Positions 39,701-48,273 of a stretch of 64,000 nucleotides of DNA are shown piece by piece. The translations under genes and the position numbers were made by a program. This DNA is from Chlamydiia bacterium. Its GTDB lineage: Bacteria; Chlamydiota; Chlamydiia; Chlamydiales; RGXB01. The stretch is taken from positions 21,915-85,914 of the forward strand of contig JBEIFH010000001.1 of NCBI GenBank assembly GCA_040382515.1, read 5' to 3'. Below the pieces are notes generated by a model. It saw only the letters and a list, made by a program, of their open reading frames with translations. It had not been told where the DNA came from and made no database searches. Within the stretch, counting starts at the first letter, position 1; each line of letters opens with the position of its first letter.

Positions 39701-39889
39701 CACACCTGGTTTGCTTTGGTGCACTACGATGAAAACGCCCCTATGTTTGAAAATCCGGACCTTGTTGTCGTCGTGTACTTGCGGTTTGGAGATTATGGGA
39801 AAGAGGCCCTGCCTTTGGCTGTAGAGATGACCAAAAAATTTTTGGACCTCAAGGAAAAATCCAAAAACGACCAAGTTTTCAATTCTTAG
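36722..39889 (+). CDS. mrdA: Penicillin-binding protein 2 (class B transpeptidase), expanded chlamydial-type form
   Basis: N-terminal TM anchor. Transpeptidase motifs SIFK (SxxK), SSN (EQSSNIYF) and KTA in place of KTG (GKTATAQ). About 1050 aa because of large insertions. Confidence 0.88.
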   Translation: MRNRSMNHTLFALLIFATAFFVLFCRVAYLTLWMHDSYLEQSKGPRELSIHLEPDRGTIRDCNNRPLVINRIAYEIGITFDKIALLPRVSVRNGQKTFPRKEYIETLSVFLATKLQIDRQSIEDMIFSKAALFPNTFFPLKQDVEEGLFYLLKMEEKNWPGLDVRIRSKRHYPQGPVGLNVLGLLGPIQSTQMAQLQHELEVLRSFLNKRNEGIAAPLPVGFFSFQKAQERYQELQKLNYRLHSFVGRGGVEEVYDNHLRGFPGKERFEVDVKGRFLRKLPESVDPLPGKRLLLTIDLELQKHAEELLIQNEKERDDQFKLLSKDHSKIAAPFIKGGAIVVLDPKTSAVLSLASYPRMHPGMDPQMWLESPDHILEIFDGAKPLMKERLDPRTKQPFFETSYLTYEMFLDQILSTDCQVKRSLSKLKTVGKMLFLQQAIMTLLHHFQQQSVQALLDGLFNTDPHQVHFNVPEEFCYEQQFLSPLFSNIRHSKDRLLLYDLCHLFAPLENFSDSLKIALTDEPVEHFVALCQQIRKLEKEVKKQSRLLFKTTYMPVFRKNYFPSFLQQIRKNGGKLPYLDYLKPKEEEFFETFYERNRPLLISSALLGANIAPLFDPKYRLCEELSKIPSVPQIQKRLQDFPAHLIQNLVQVVRTSKMLNGHEKQLAQGFYPRHGFGFFRSFAYQESAPLGSIFKIVSGYAGLKRHLEKELDFTKPFDPNPLTIRDEGPRGDPLDPKNILGFLQDGTPITRNFRGGRLPRSDHPIGKCDLERAIEQSSNIYFSLLAEGANEELLSASKSMGLGSRTGIDLPMEIGGTLPFDLSYNKTGLYAFAIGQHLLTVTPLQVANLLGALVNEGQVKKPRVAKALLGAYTPQQTTLKRFEQYFAPFHLQPALFSKTLNHSLAPFVLPFESQTVRAFAFPKELSYPLLKGMHKVLNGERGGARPEAIRTYFRHPEMKKDYNKLRPYLIGKTATAQISYRPFLDKEGESALVKHTWFALVHYDENAPMFENPDLVVVVYLRFGDYGKEALPLAVEMTKKFLDLKEKSKNDQVFNS

Positions 39890-39904
39890 AATTGAGAAAA
39901 ACGG

Positions 39905-41215
39905 CTAGATTTTTTTCAAAATATCGGTCGCTATCGGGAATGGGGAGGGGCAAGAATCCACAGCTTTCAAAAGGCGATGGGCCGCAAGGACTGCCGACTC
40001 CAGATAATCTCCTGTCTTTATAAGGTAAGCAGCCATGATCCCGCCAAGTATATCTCCAGCCCCTGCTGTCGCTAATCGGGGTTCTGCCTCGAGGATCACA
40101 TAGGGCTTGGCTTGAATTGGCTCAAAGATCCAGGTTGGCGCCCCTTTTTCAAAAAGGACAAATCCCTCTTTTTTTGAATTGCGTAAGTGACGCATCTCCG
40201 ATCCGTTCGGGGTGACAATTGCAAACGGTTTTTTCACCCTGTTTACATAGATAGGAATGGCACCTGCATCCACTATCAACGGTTTCGGATGATCCATGAG
40301 GTAGTCAAAAATCGCATCGATAAGCTCTTTTTTTGTCTCGGCCAACCCTGGACCTATGACAATAGCGTCCAACTTCGGCGCCCATAATCTGAACGCATCG
40401 ATCGTCTGCTCAGAAAAGACCGCCTCGACAAGTGGCAGATGAAAATCCTCGTCGCAAAAAAGGCGTACCATTCCGGCACCGGCCCTAAGAGCAGCCTTGG
40501 CGCATAGATACGCAGATCCCTCCATCCCCTTTGAACCCGCTATGATGCCTACATACCCTCGGTCATATTTGTGGACGACTTTTGGCAACTCAGGTTCCAC
40601 CAAGGCAGACAACCGGACAACGCGACACACCTCTTCCATCTGATCGAAATAAGATTGCCCCAGACCAAAACCGACTAATTCTATTGTTTTGTATGCTTTG
40701 TAGCCTGCTCCCACTACATGACCCAATTTGTAGGTCCCTATCGCCACACAATGGGATGCCTGGATATGGTATACACTTGCATAACCGGTGCTGCCATGTA
40801 TACCCGAAGGGATATCCACCGCGATGATTGGTAAACCACTTCCGTTGGCGGCCATGACAAGGCGTGCCTCATCACCTAAAATTTCTCCATGAAATCCTAT
40901 ACCGTAAAGGGCGTCAAGGATCACGCCTCCCCGATCTAAGTGGCCAACCCCTTGGTGGATTTCATACCCAAGCTCTTGAAGAAAATGGATTGCCTGAGTC
41001 CCATCCTTGCCGTTATTCCCCTTGCCTATCAAACAATGGACAATGGGCAAAATAGAGTGTTTTTTGATGAAACGATCCACAGCCGAGGCTACCGCTTCGC
41101 CGGCCTTCTGATTGAAGACTAGCGGATCATGACCGGCTCCGATAGCCAAATCTTCAATACGACGCTCCTCTTCAGAGGAGACCATTTTATCAAAAGGGAT
41201 TTCGTAAGGGTTCAA
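39905..41215 (-). CDS. nnr: Bifunctional NAD(P)H-hydrate repair enzyme (YjeF N-terminal epimerase plus ADP-dependent dehydratase)
   Basis: N-terminal half has IGKGNNGKDG. C-terminal half has HKYDRGYVGIIAGSKGMEGSAYLCAKAALRAGAGMV and TAGAGDILGG. Confidence 0.88.
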   Translation of the reverse strand: MNPYEIPFDKMVSSEEERRIEDLAIGAGHDPLVFNQKAGEAVASAVDRFIKKHSILPIVHCLIGKGNNGKDGTQAIHFLQELGYEIHQGVGHLDRGGVILDALYGIGFHGEILGDEARLVMAANGSGLPIIAVDIPSGIHGSTGYASVYHIQASHCVAIGTYKLGHVVGAGYKAYKTIELVGFGLGQSYFDQMEEVCRVVRLSALVEPELPKVVHKYDRGYVGIIAGSKGMEGSAYLCAKAALRAGAGMVRLFCDEDFHLPLVEAVFSEQTIDAFRLWAPKLDAIVIGPGLAETKKELIDAIFDYLMDHPKPLIVDAGAIPIYVNRVKKPFAIVTPNGSEMRHLRNSKKEGFVLFEKGAPTWIFEPIQAKPYVILEAEPRLATAGAGDILGGIMAAYLIKTGDYLESAVLAAHRLLKAVDSCPSPFPIATDILKKI

Positions 41216-42150
41216 AAAATCTTCCGCACTTCTTGTTTTGCACCATACCGCTCGAATAAAATCTTGTAAACGATTTGGGCGATAGGCAGTTGAATGACGC
41301 TATGGATGGCCTTTGCAGCAAATGCCCCCTCTACAACCATACCGATGCTTCCCCTCGCCTCTTCAGGAGACATGCCGCGAGCTATGTTTAACCCGCACTG
41401 GAAATTGCGACTTTTTTCGGATGAACAGGTCAATATAAGATCCGCCAAACCGGAGTATCCCTCAATACTGGAGGGATCAAATCCCCTAAACTCAAGAAAC
41501 TCTTTCATCTCGTGGTAGCCCTTCGTGATCAAGGCCGCCCTAGCATTTTTTCCGTAACCAAGCCCCTCAAGCAACCCGCATAAAATTGCATAAATATTCT
41601 TCATCGCGCCGCCAAGCATACAGGGTATCGGATGATCCGATTCCTCTGTAAAGAAAAAATCATTGTTAAAAATACGGGCAATCATGGTGCGCAATTTCGG
41701 ATCCGGACAGGCGATAGTTGCGCAGGTAGTTTTTTTATCCAAAACCTCGTCTGCAAAGGTCGCTCCGCTTAAAACGGCAACCCCATCCAACCCCATCTCT
41801 TTAGCTATTTCATATAAAGTTTCCCCTTTATCATTGATCCCTTTCGATGTGATCAATATCGGAATCTGACAATTGAGCTCCTTTAAAGCCCGCATAACCG
41901 GCTCAAATCCTTGCGAAGTGACCGATTCTATCAGTAGGTCTGCATTTTCTATAGCTTTATGCAAATGCTCATGGATAGAGATGGGATTCCCCAACTCTAC
42001 AACAGGAAATCTCGGGTGTTTTTTATGATTCCGTATCGATTCTATCACCTCTTTTTCGATGGAGTACATCTGTACGTCTACATTTTTCAGCGCCTGCGAA
42101 AGGGCAAACGCCCAAGCTCCACTCCCTAAAATCGTTACTCTTTTGATCAT
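41212..42150 (-). CDS. gpsA: NAD(P)H-dependent glycerol-3-phosphate dehydrogenase
   Basis: ILGSGAWAFALSQAL Rossmann start and a GAMKNIYAI block. ATGA overlaps with both neighbouring genes. Confidence 0.9.
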   Translation of the reverse strand: MIKRVTILGSGAWAFALSQALKNVDVQMYSIEKEVIESIRNHKKHPRFPVVELGNPISIHEHLHKAIENADLLIESVTSQGFEPVMRALKELNCQIPILITSKGINDKGETLYEIAKEMGLDGVAVLSGATFADEVLDKKTTCATIACPDPKLRTMIARIFNNDFFFTEESDHPIPCMLGGAMKNIYAILCGLLEGLGYGKNARAALITKGYHEMKEFLEFRGFDPSSIEGYSGLADLILTCSSEKSRNFQCGLNIARGMSPEEARGSIGMVVEGAFAAKAIHSVIQLPIAQIVYKILFERYGAKQEVRKIF

Positions 42151-42932
42151 GTTAAAACCCTTAATGCATTTTCCAAGCTATCTGTCCCCACATCCCTTTT
42201 GATTGGTAAAAAATGGGCGTTGCGGTCCACTTTCACTACCTCGAAGTTTCGAGCAAGGGGAAAAAAATCAAATACAAATTTTTCCTGTTTCACTACTTCT
42301 ACCCCCCGTTGTACCTTTTTAATTTTATGCACTTTAACCAATGGGTCCATACGGGCAGCCCTTTCAAAAAAGGGGAGCGCCGCTGAAAAAATTCCGGCAT
42401 AGGCTAGCCCCTCAGAATTTTTAAAAGAGGTGTACTCCTTTACGCTCAATTTATCATCGGTGAAAATCGTCCCTACAGACTCGTTTTCAGATTTTTTTTC
42501 TACAGCTAAAACCACAAGTTCCACATTTTGATGCAGTCCCCAAAACCCGGGTTGCACCAACGGGTTGTCTACAGGACAGACAACAATCCTTTCCACCCCC
42601 CTTTCTTGGAAAGTCTGGTACACTCCTGAGTCGGCAAAAGCCCTAAATAAATCTCCATTTCCCATCGGGCTCAAGCTATCGGATCCCAAAACAGGGGCAG
42701 ATTTTTGATTGAAAAAAAGAAATCTTTTATTTTGCATCCCGAGGGTTTCTACATGCTCTTTTATTTGCTCGTGATTCTTGATCGAGGTCATGATTGCGAC
42801 ATCTTCCGGGCATTTTTTTAAAATTCTTTCCAACAAGGACGCACCGTGGATCTTAACAAGACCTTTCGGGATATCTAGTTGAAGACGGGTGGCATCCCCG
42901 GCTGCCAAAATCACAACACCATATTTCTTCAT
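42147..42932 (-). CDS. Nucleotidyltransferase, UDP-sugar pyrophosphorylase-like (short, 261 aa)
   Basis: N-terminal VVILAAGDATRLQLDIPKGL. Sits upstream of gpsA, as the UDP-glucose pyrophosphorylase-like gene does in C. trachomatis (recalled). Confidence 0.65.
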   Translation of the reverse strand: MKKYGVVILAAGDATRLQLDIPKGLVKIHGASLLERILKKCPEDVAIMTSIKNHEQIKEHVETLGMQNKRFLFFNQKSAPVLGSDSLSPMGNGDLFRAFADSGVYQTFQERGVERIVVCPVDNPLVQPGFWGLHQNVELVVLAVEKKSENESVGTIFTDDKLSVKEYTSFKNSEGLAYAGIFSAALPFFERAARMDPLVKVHKIKKVQRGVEVVKQEKFVFDFFPLARNFEVVKVDRNAHFLPIKRDVGTDSLENALRVLT

Positions 42933-43221
42933 AAAAAATAAAAAAGAACCTTTTACACACTGCTTTCAAAAAAACGTATCCAGCCCAACCTATTAGTAAA
43001 ATACCGGATTAGGTTTGCAATTATGTCTTTTTTACCGTTTTTTTTCCTTGAATATCCTCAAACGGGGTGAAGTCCTACAAGGAGAAAATGGCATAGTATA
43101 GAGGAAAAATGTTTCGTGAGCCCGTTTAGAAAGCTTATGTTTTTTTTTTGATCTCTTTAGCTCGCCAAACAACTCAAAAAAGGGGTATAGTCAAAAACCC
43201 CTTAGGGAGCAAAAAACAACC

Positions 43222-44103
43222 ATGCCGTTTTTGAGCCTTTTCATTTCTCTACTTATTACTTTCATTTGGGGTCTAAATTTTGTCGTTATTAAATTTTGCC
43301 TTCTAGAGACAAAACCTCTCACCTTGTGCTTTTTACGCTTTTTTCTTACTAGCATTCCCCTTGTGCTTTTCACCAAAAGACCCAAAACGCATTTTTCTCT
43401 TCTGCTTTTGTATGGCGTCGTGATGTTTGTTATCCAATTCGGGCTCCTTTTTCTAGGCCTCTACCTAGGGATGCCTGCAGGACTCTCCTCTCTCATTTTG
43501 CAGGTACAGGTTTTTTTCAGCCTTTTCATCGGGATGTATGTTTTTGAAGAGAAAATCCGCCCATGGAACTGGATCGGTTGCATGATCTCTTTTTTAGGGA
43601 TTGGAACGGTCATATGGAATCTGGACTCCAGTGTCTCCTATGGGGGATTGTTATGCATCTTGGGTACTGCAGCCTGTTCAAGCTTGGGCAACCTGATCAC
43701 AAAAAAAGTGGGTCAGGTCAACAGTTTTTCCCTTGTTGCCTGGGGCAGTTTCATCGCTTGGCCTATCCTGCTCGCTTTATCCCTTGCATTAGAGGGGCCG
43801 ACTGTTTTTCTCGACACTCTATTTGATACCCAAGTAGATTTTTGGATTGGAGCCGCTTATATTACCTACCTAGCGACTCTATTCGCCTACGGAGCTTGGT
43901 CTTGGCTTGTGCGCAACAACCCCCTAAAGGCTGTTACCCCCTTCACTTTGTTGACCCCCATATTTGCCCTGTTTGGCGGAACTATTTTTTTAGACGAACC
44001 GTTTCCGATTTGGAAACTCTTTGCTACAATCCTCGTTTTAGCCGGACTTGCCATCAACTTGTTTGGAAACTATCTTTTGCGCCCCGCCCCTTTCATAGAA
44101 TAA
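43222..44103 (+). CDS. EamA/DMT-superfamily transporter
   Basis: About ten TM helices in a two-fold repeat, with typical EamA spacing (NFVVIKF..., ...GNLITKKV...). Confidence 0.8.
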   Translation: MPFLSLFISLLITFIWGLNFVVIKFCLLETKPLTLCFLRFFLTSIPLVLFTKRPKTHFSLLLLYGVVMFVIQFGLLFLGLYLGMPAGLSSLILQVQVFFSLFIGMYVFEEKIRPWNWIGCMISFLGIGTVIWNLDSSVSYGGLLCILGTAACSSLGNLITKKVGQVNSFSLVAWGSFIAWPILLALSLALEGPTVFLDTLFDTQVDFWIGAAYITYLATLFAYGAWSWLVRNNPLKAVTPFTLLTPIFALFGGTIFLDEPFPIWKLFATILVLAGLAINLFGNYLLRPAPFIE

Positions 44104-44245
44104 AAATTTATTTTTTATTTAAAAATTGACCTATTTCATAGGGCTCCTTTAAACTTTTTTATGAGGACATCTACTGTCTTCAAAAAGAAAAATGCTATAG
44201 CCTTGTGCTATTAAATCTTGCACCTTTCAAAAAAAAGGGGGTTCC

Positions 44246-45586
44246 ATGGCATACATGACCTTAATCTTTTTAGGCGCGTTTAGTCTATCTGTTTTAATCC
44301 TTATAAAGCTTTATCAACGCTGCCCATCGAATAAAATCCTTGTCATCTACGGACGTGTCGGATTTGGAAAAACGATCCAATGCCATCACGGTGGTGGACG
44401 GATTGTCTGGCCTTTGATCCAGGGATACGCATTTTTAGATCTCACACCGAAAACAATCCACATCTCCCTAAAAGGGGCGTTGTCACAGCAAAATATCCGA
44501 GTAAACATCCCAAGCACTTTTACTGTTGCATTGGGGATCAGCCCCCAAATCATGCAAAATGCAGCTGTTCGGCTCTTAGAGCTTGACGCACGCAGTATTG
44601 AAATGATGGCGACAGAAATCATCACCGGCCAGCTGCGTCTGACAATTGCCTCTTTAAGGATTGAGGAGATCAATCAGGATCGCGAGCGATTCCTTGAGGC
44701 AATCAAAGACAATATCGAGGAGGAGCTGCATAAAATAGGCCTTACCCTACTCAACGTGAACATCACCGACATCACCGACGAGTCGGAGTACATCGACAGC
44801 ATCGGGAAAAAGGCCTCCTCCACAGCGGTGAATCAGGCTAAAGTGGATGTTGCGGAGCAGGAAAAACAGGGAGAGGTTGGAAAGGCGTCCCAAGAAAGAG
44901 ATTGTAGAATTCTCGTAGCAAGCTACAACGCCGATGCGGTGCGTGGAGAAAATGAGTCGAGAGCCGAAATCGCAACCACAAATGCGCTGCTGGCGGAAAA
45001 AGAGGCCGATGCAAAACGGAGAAGCCAGATTGCCATGCAACAGGCTGAAGCCGAGATCCAAAAAGCCAAAACGCTTGCCAATACCCACAGATTAGAGGCT
45101 GAGCAAATTGTTCCTCAACAGATCGAAAAGCGCAAAATTGAAATTGAGGCTCAAGCAGAAGCAGAGAAAAAAATTCTGATTGCTAAGGGAGAAGCCGAGG
45201 CTATCCTCCTGATCAAAGAGGCGGAAGCGCTAGGAATTCAGAAAATTTTGGATGCAAAAGCGCAAGGGTATAAGTTGCTTATCGATGCCTGTAACCACGA
45301 CGCTCAGAGTGCGTCGACTTTGCTGCTGATGGAAAAACTTGAAACGATGGTCTCTTTGCAAACAGAAGCGATCAAAAACATCAAAATTGATAAAATTACC
45401 GTTTGGGATTCTGGAAACCAGGGGGAAAACCAGAAATCTACCACCTCCAATTTCCTGAGCCAGTTTGTCAAGTCATTACCTCCGCTTCACGACGTTGCGA
45501 ATATGGCAGGCCTCAAAATGCCTGAATATCTAGGGTCTGTTCAAAACTCGAAAAACATTGAAAAAGAGGAATTCCAGCTTCAATAA
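44246..45586 (+). CDS. Flotillin-like SPFH (band 7) domain protein
   Basis: N-terminal TM helix, an SPFH core, then a long Ala/Glu/Gln-rich coiled coil (AEAEIQKAK...EAQAEAEKKILIAKGEAEA). Confidence 0.82.
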   Translation: MAYMTLIFLGAFSLSVLILIKLYQRCPSNKILVIYGRVGFGKTIQCHHGGGRIVWPLIQGYAFLDLTPKTIHISLKGALSQQNIRVNIPSTFTVALGISPQIMQNAAVRLLELDARSIEMMATEIITGQLRLTIASLRIEEINQDRERFLEAIKDNIEEELHKIGLTLLNVNITDITDESEYIDSIGKKASSTAVNQAKVDVAEQEKQGEVGKASQERDCRILVASYNADAVRGENESRAEIATTNALLAEKEADAKRRSQIAMQQAEAEIQKAKTLANTHRLEAEQIVPQQIEKRKIEIEAQAEAEKKILIAKGEAEAILLIKEAEALGIQKILDAKAQGYKLLIDACNHDAQSASTLLLMEKLETMVSLQTEAIKNIKIDKITVWDSGNQGENQKSTTSNFLSQFVKSLPPLHDVANMAGLKMPEYLGSVQNSKNIEKEEFQLQ

Positions 45587-45615
45587 ATTTCATCACTATT
45601 TAAAAAATTTAGTGT

Positions 45616-45667
45616 AAAAAACCTCTATCCCCGTGGGAAGCGCTTCTCCCCGGAGGTAGAGTTTTTT
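45616..45667. terminator. Bidirectional hairpin terminator between convergent genes
   Basis: AAAAAACCTCTATCCCCG...CCCCGGAGGTAGAGTTTTTT is an imperfect inverted repeat with an A-run on the left and a T-run on the right. Confidence 0.6.
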
Positions 45668-45722
45668 ACTGTCATGATCTTATGTCTTTCAAAATAGGAT
45701 TGAAAAGACTTTAAAAGGATCT

Positions 45723-46859
45723 TTAAACCCTTTTTTCATGAAAACTTACAACGGCAACACTTGCAAATTCTTTTATTTCCCGTCCCAAGGGCATCGCCTT
45801 TAAAAGGATGTGTTGCAAATCTGATTTAGGATTTTCCCCGATGGCCTCTTCAAAAAGCTCGATAGGATACATCTCAAAAAACGGCTTCGTCCCCATTACC
45901 AAAGTATCATTCCCTCTCAAAGGGCAACAGGTGATCTTGGGTTTTGCACTGATTGGCCATAAAGATTTGTCTAACTTGCAGCAGGCGTTGTAAGCCACCA
46001 ATCCAAGCGCCCTGGAGTGGGGCACCCCTTCCTTAGTATTGGGCCATCGGTACTCACCTGAGAAAGGAATATAGCAATCTGATCTTGACTTGTGGAGCGC
46101 CTTCAATGCTCGATCCAATCGGATGACATCTCTTTTTGAGGAAAAATTCCTGATATTGCTCAACGAAATCAATCCTCTCTTAGCCCCCTTGTTGATCAAA
46201 TAGGCACGCGAGTTCCCTAGTGTGGCTGTGTAGACCATAGCATTTTCATGATCAACAATAGATACAACTCCATTTGCACCCACCGCCTCGAATCCTTTTA
46301 AAGACAAAACATTCGCCTCCAATTCGTGAAATGCACGGGCCAAAACCTCTTTTGGACTCAATCCCGCCTGGACTAATGGAGGGATTATCGCCTGGATCCT
46401 CACTTGTAAAAAATCTGCTATCTCCTTACTGAAAATTCCTTCAAACAGGGAGAATGCAGTGATGGGATTTGCCTGGTCTATGCGCTGATCCACCTGTTTT
46501 AATTCCGCCTTATTGGATTCTTTGAAGATATAACACTCTTTACATATCACCCCGTTGGTCGCTCGGGAGATATCGGCACGTATGCGCCTTTCAAAATCTT
46601 GAATACCTGTTGTCCCTGCCCTCTCGATGAAAGCCTTGAACAGGTTTTTCAAAAGCTTTTCTCTATCCCCTGTTGCGATTCTCTCTTTAGAAAAAACAGA
46701 CGCTCCCCCCCGTTTTGAAACACAGCCCAGTCCAAAAAATGCACTGATGCTATCGAAGAAACTCTTCTCAGGTTCTTCAGGGACTCTTCTTGCACTGCTG
46801 CAAAAATCAAAGAATGAGGAGCCTGCCTCGGATGCTCCTCTTGTTGGATTTGTACTCAT
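45723..46859 (-). CDS. PP2C-fold-like protein with a degenerate metal-binding motif set and a predicted-disordered N-terminus
   Basis: Blocks parallel PP2C motifs with substitutions: FEGIFS (vs DGHGG), TATLGNSRAYL (vs vGDSRa.l), HSRALGL (vs sRalGD), LVMGTKPFFE (vs lasDGlwd). Confidence 0.5.
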   Translation of the reverse strand: MSTNPTRGASEAGSSFFDFCSSARRVPEEPEKSFFDSISAFFGLGCVSKRGGASVFSKERIATGDREKLLKNLFKAFIERAGTTGIQDFERRIRADISRATNGVICKECYIFKESNKAELKQVDQRIDQANPITAFSLFEGIFSKEIADFLQVRIQAIIPPLVQAGLSPKEVLARAFHELEANVLSLKGFEAVGANGVVSIVDHENAMVYTATLGNSRAYLINKGAKRGLISLSNIRNFSSKRDVIRLDRALKALHKSRSDCYIPFSGEYRWPNTKEGVPHSRALGLVAYNACCKLDKSLWPISAKPKITCCPLRGNDTLVMGTKPFFEMYPIELFEEAIGENPKSDLQHILLKAMPLGREIKEFASVAVVSFHEKRV

Positions 46860-47038
46860 AGTATTTACTCCTAATTACTATTTCTCATAGCATGCCAGAG
46901 TGGATATATATAAGTAAAATTTTAACTTTGCATTAAGCAAGAAAGTGGCTCCTTAACATAGCGTAAATAGTTTTTTTAATTTTTCTAGGATGCCGTGCAC
47001 CCGTTAGAAAAGATTGTGCGATAACGTAAATCTCCTTC

Positions 47039-47181
47039 ATAGTCTTTTAAGATTAGGATGGAACGTTTTTTCATTTAGATTCTCTTTATCATTTTGATCG
47101 CCTGTTTCGGCGCGGCCTAAGCTGGCAAAAATCTAGGGCCCTCTTTTAGAAAAAAGGTTCAATCCTAATTTAAAAGACTAT
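47039..47181. repeat. Imperfect ~26-bp inverted repeat pair flanking a ~92-bp spacer in the ruvC upstream region
   Basis: The left arm ATAGTCTTTTAAGATTAGGATGGAAC (47039-47064) is nearly the reverse complement of the right arm GTTCAATCCTAATTTAAAAGACTAT (47157-47181). Confidence 0.6.
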
Positions 47182-47212
47182 AATCTCAAATCAATAATCA
47201 AGATGAGGGCGT

Positions 47213-47698
47213 ATGAAAAAAATCATCCTTGGATTTGATCCGGGAACGGAAAAAGCGGGCTGGGCACTTTTAGAGGCCGATGGTTTAAAAATCTCTCTTC
47301 TTCAATTTGGGCATATTGCAATCCGACCCAGCATGTCGCTGCAAAAAAGGCTCGGCCTGCTTTACCGCGAAGCTTCTAAAATTATAGAGGTCCACAAACC
47401 TATGCAGATTGCGATTGAAGGACAATTTGTCGGTATCAATCCAAAAGCTGCCATGGCTATAGCGATGTCTAGAGGGGTACTTCTTGCTCTTGCCGACCAC
47501 CATGGTATAGAAGCGTTCGAGTACTCCCCTAAAGAGGCAAAAATGGGGATCACAGGCAGAGGAAACGCCACAAAAGAGGAGGTGCAGAAAATGTGCAAAC
47601 TCCTATTTCGGCAAAATTTTGAAGAACCTTTTGATGCAACAGACGCTATTGCATTAGCCTATTGCCACTTAAACCACCTGAAAGCGAGAGTTCTATGA
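47213..47698 (+). CDS. ruvC: Holliday junction resolvase RuvC
   Basis: ILGFDPGTEKAGWALLE and a C-terminal DATDAIALAYCH. Confidence 0.93.
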   Translation: MKKIILGFDPGTEKAGWALLEADGLKISLLQFGHIAIRPSMSLQKRLGLLYREASKIIEVHKPMQIAIEGQFVGINPKAAMAIAMSRGVLLALADHHGIEAFEYSPKEAKMGITGRGNATKEEVQKMCKLLFRQNFEEPFDATDAIALAYCHLNHLKARVL

Positions 47699-48258
47699 TC
47701 GAATATATAGAAGGAAAATTAATTGACCTCACTACGGTAAAAGCAACAGTAGTTGTATCCGGAATCGGTTATGGGATACATATCACTTTGACCACATTTG
47801 ACCGGATTTGCCACCTTCAAGGTCAAAATATCATTTTTCATACCACCCAAATTTTTCGTGAAGACTCCAACCGCTTATTTGGATTTATAGACAAGGGAGA
47901 AAAAAAACTTTTTGAAACTTTGCACCCCTCGATCGGCCCTAAAACCACACTGTCCCTCTTGGGGCATCTCACCCAAGATGCTCTCCAACAGGCGATTGAA
48001 CACGGCGAAGTCGAAACCCTTATTAAGGTTCCCGGAATCGGAAAAAAATCGGCCGAGAGGATCATTGTGGAACTTAAAGGGAAATTGCAAAACGTCCCGA
48101 TGGAAAAAACCGACCACGAGGATGCCGTGCAGGCCTTGATTCATATCGGGTATACCTCCGCGGAGGCCAGAAAGAAGGTTTTGACTGCAAAGGATACCCT
48201 TTCAAAAAATGCACCCCTGCAGGAGCTTTTGAAAGTTGCTCTCAAGACGAAGATATGA
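47695..48258 (+). CDS. ruvA: Holliday junction DNA helicase subunit RuvA
   Basis: MIEYIEGKL start, ATGA overlap with ruvC, and the HhH motif VPGIGKKSAERII. Confidence 0.92.
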   Translation: MIEYIEGKLIDLTTVKATVVVSGIGYGIHITLTTFDRICHLQGQNIIFHTTQIFREDSNRLFGFIDKGEKKLFETLHPSIGPKTTLSLLGHLTQDALQQAIEHGEVETLIKVPGIGKKSAERIIVELKGKLQNVPMEKTDHEDAVQALIHIGYTSAEARKKVLTAKDTLSKNAPLQELLKVALKTKI

Positions 48259-48273
48259 TAAAATTCTCTCCTT

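Noticed and set aside
45686-45715. AGGATTGAAAAGACT downstream of the PP2C-like gene shares 8-10-mers with the inverted-repeat arms at 47039/47157, hinting that the gene might be bracketed by repeats
   Set aside because: The shared words are short and AT-rich, and they do not align colinearly in a consistent orientation. Most likely chance.
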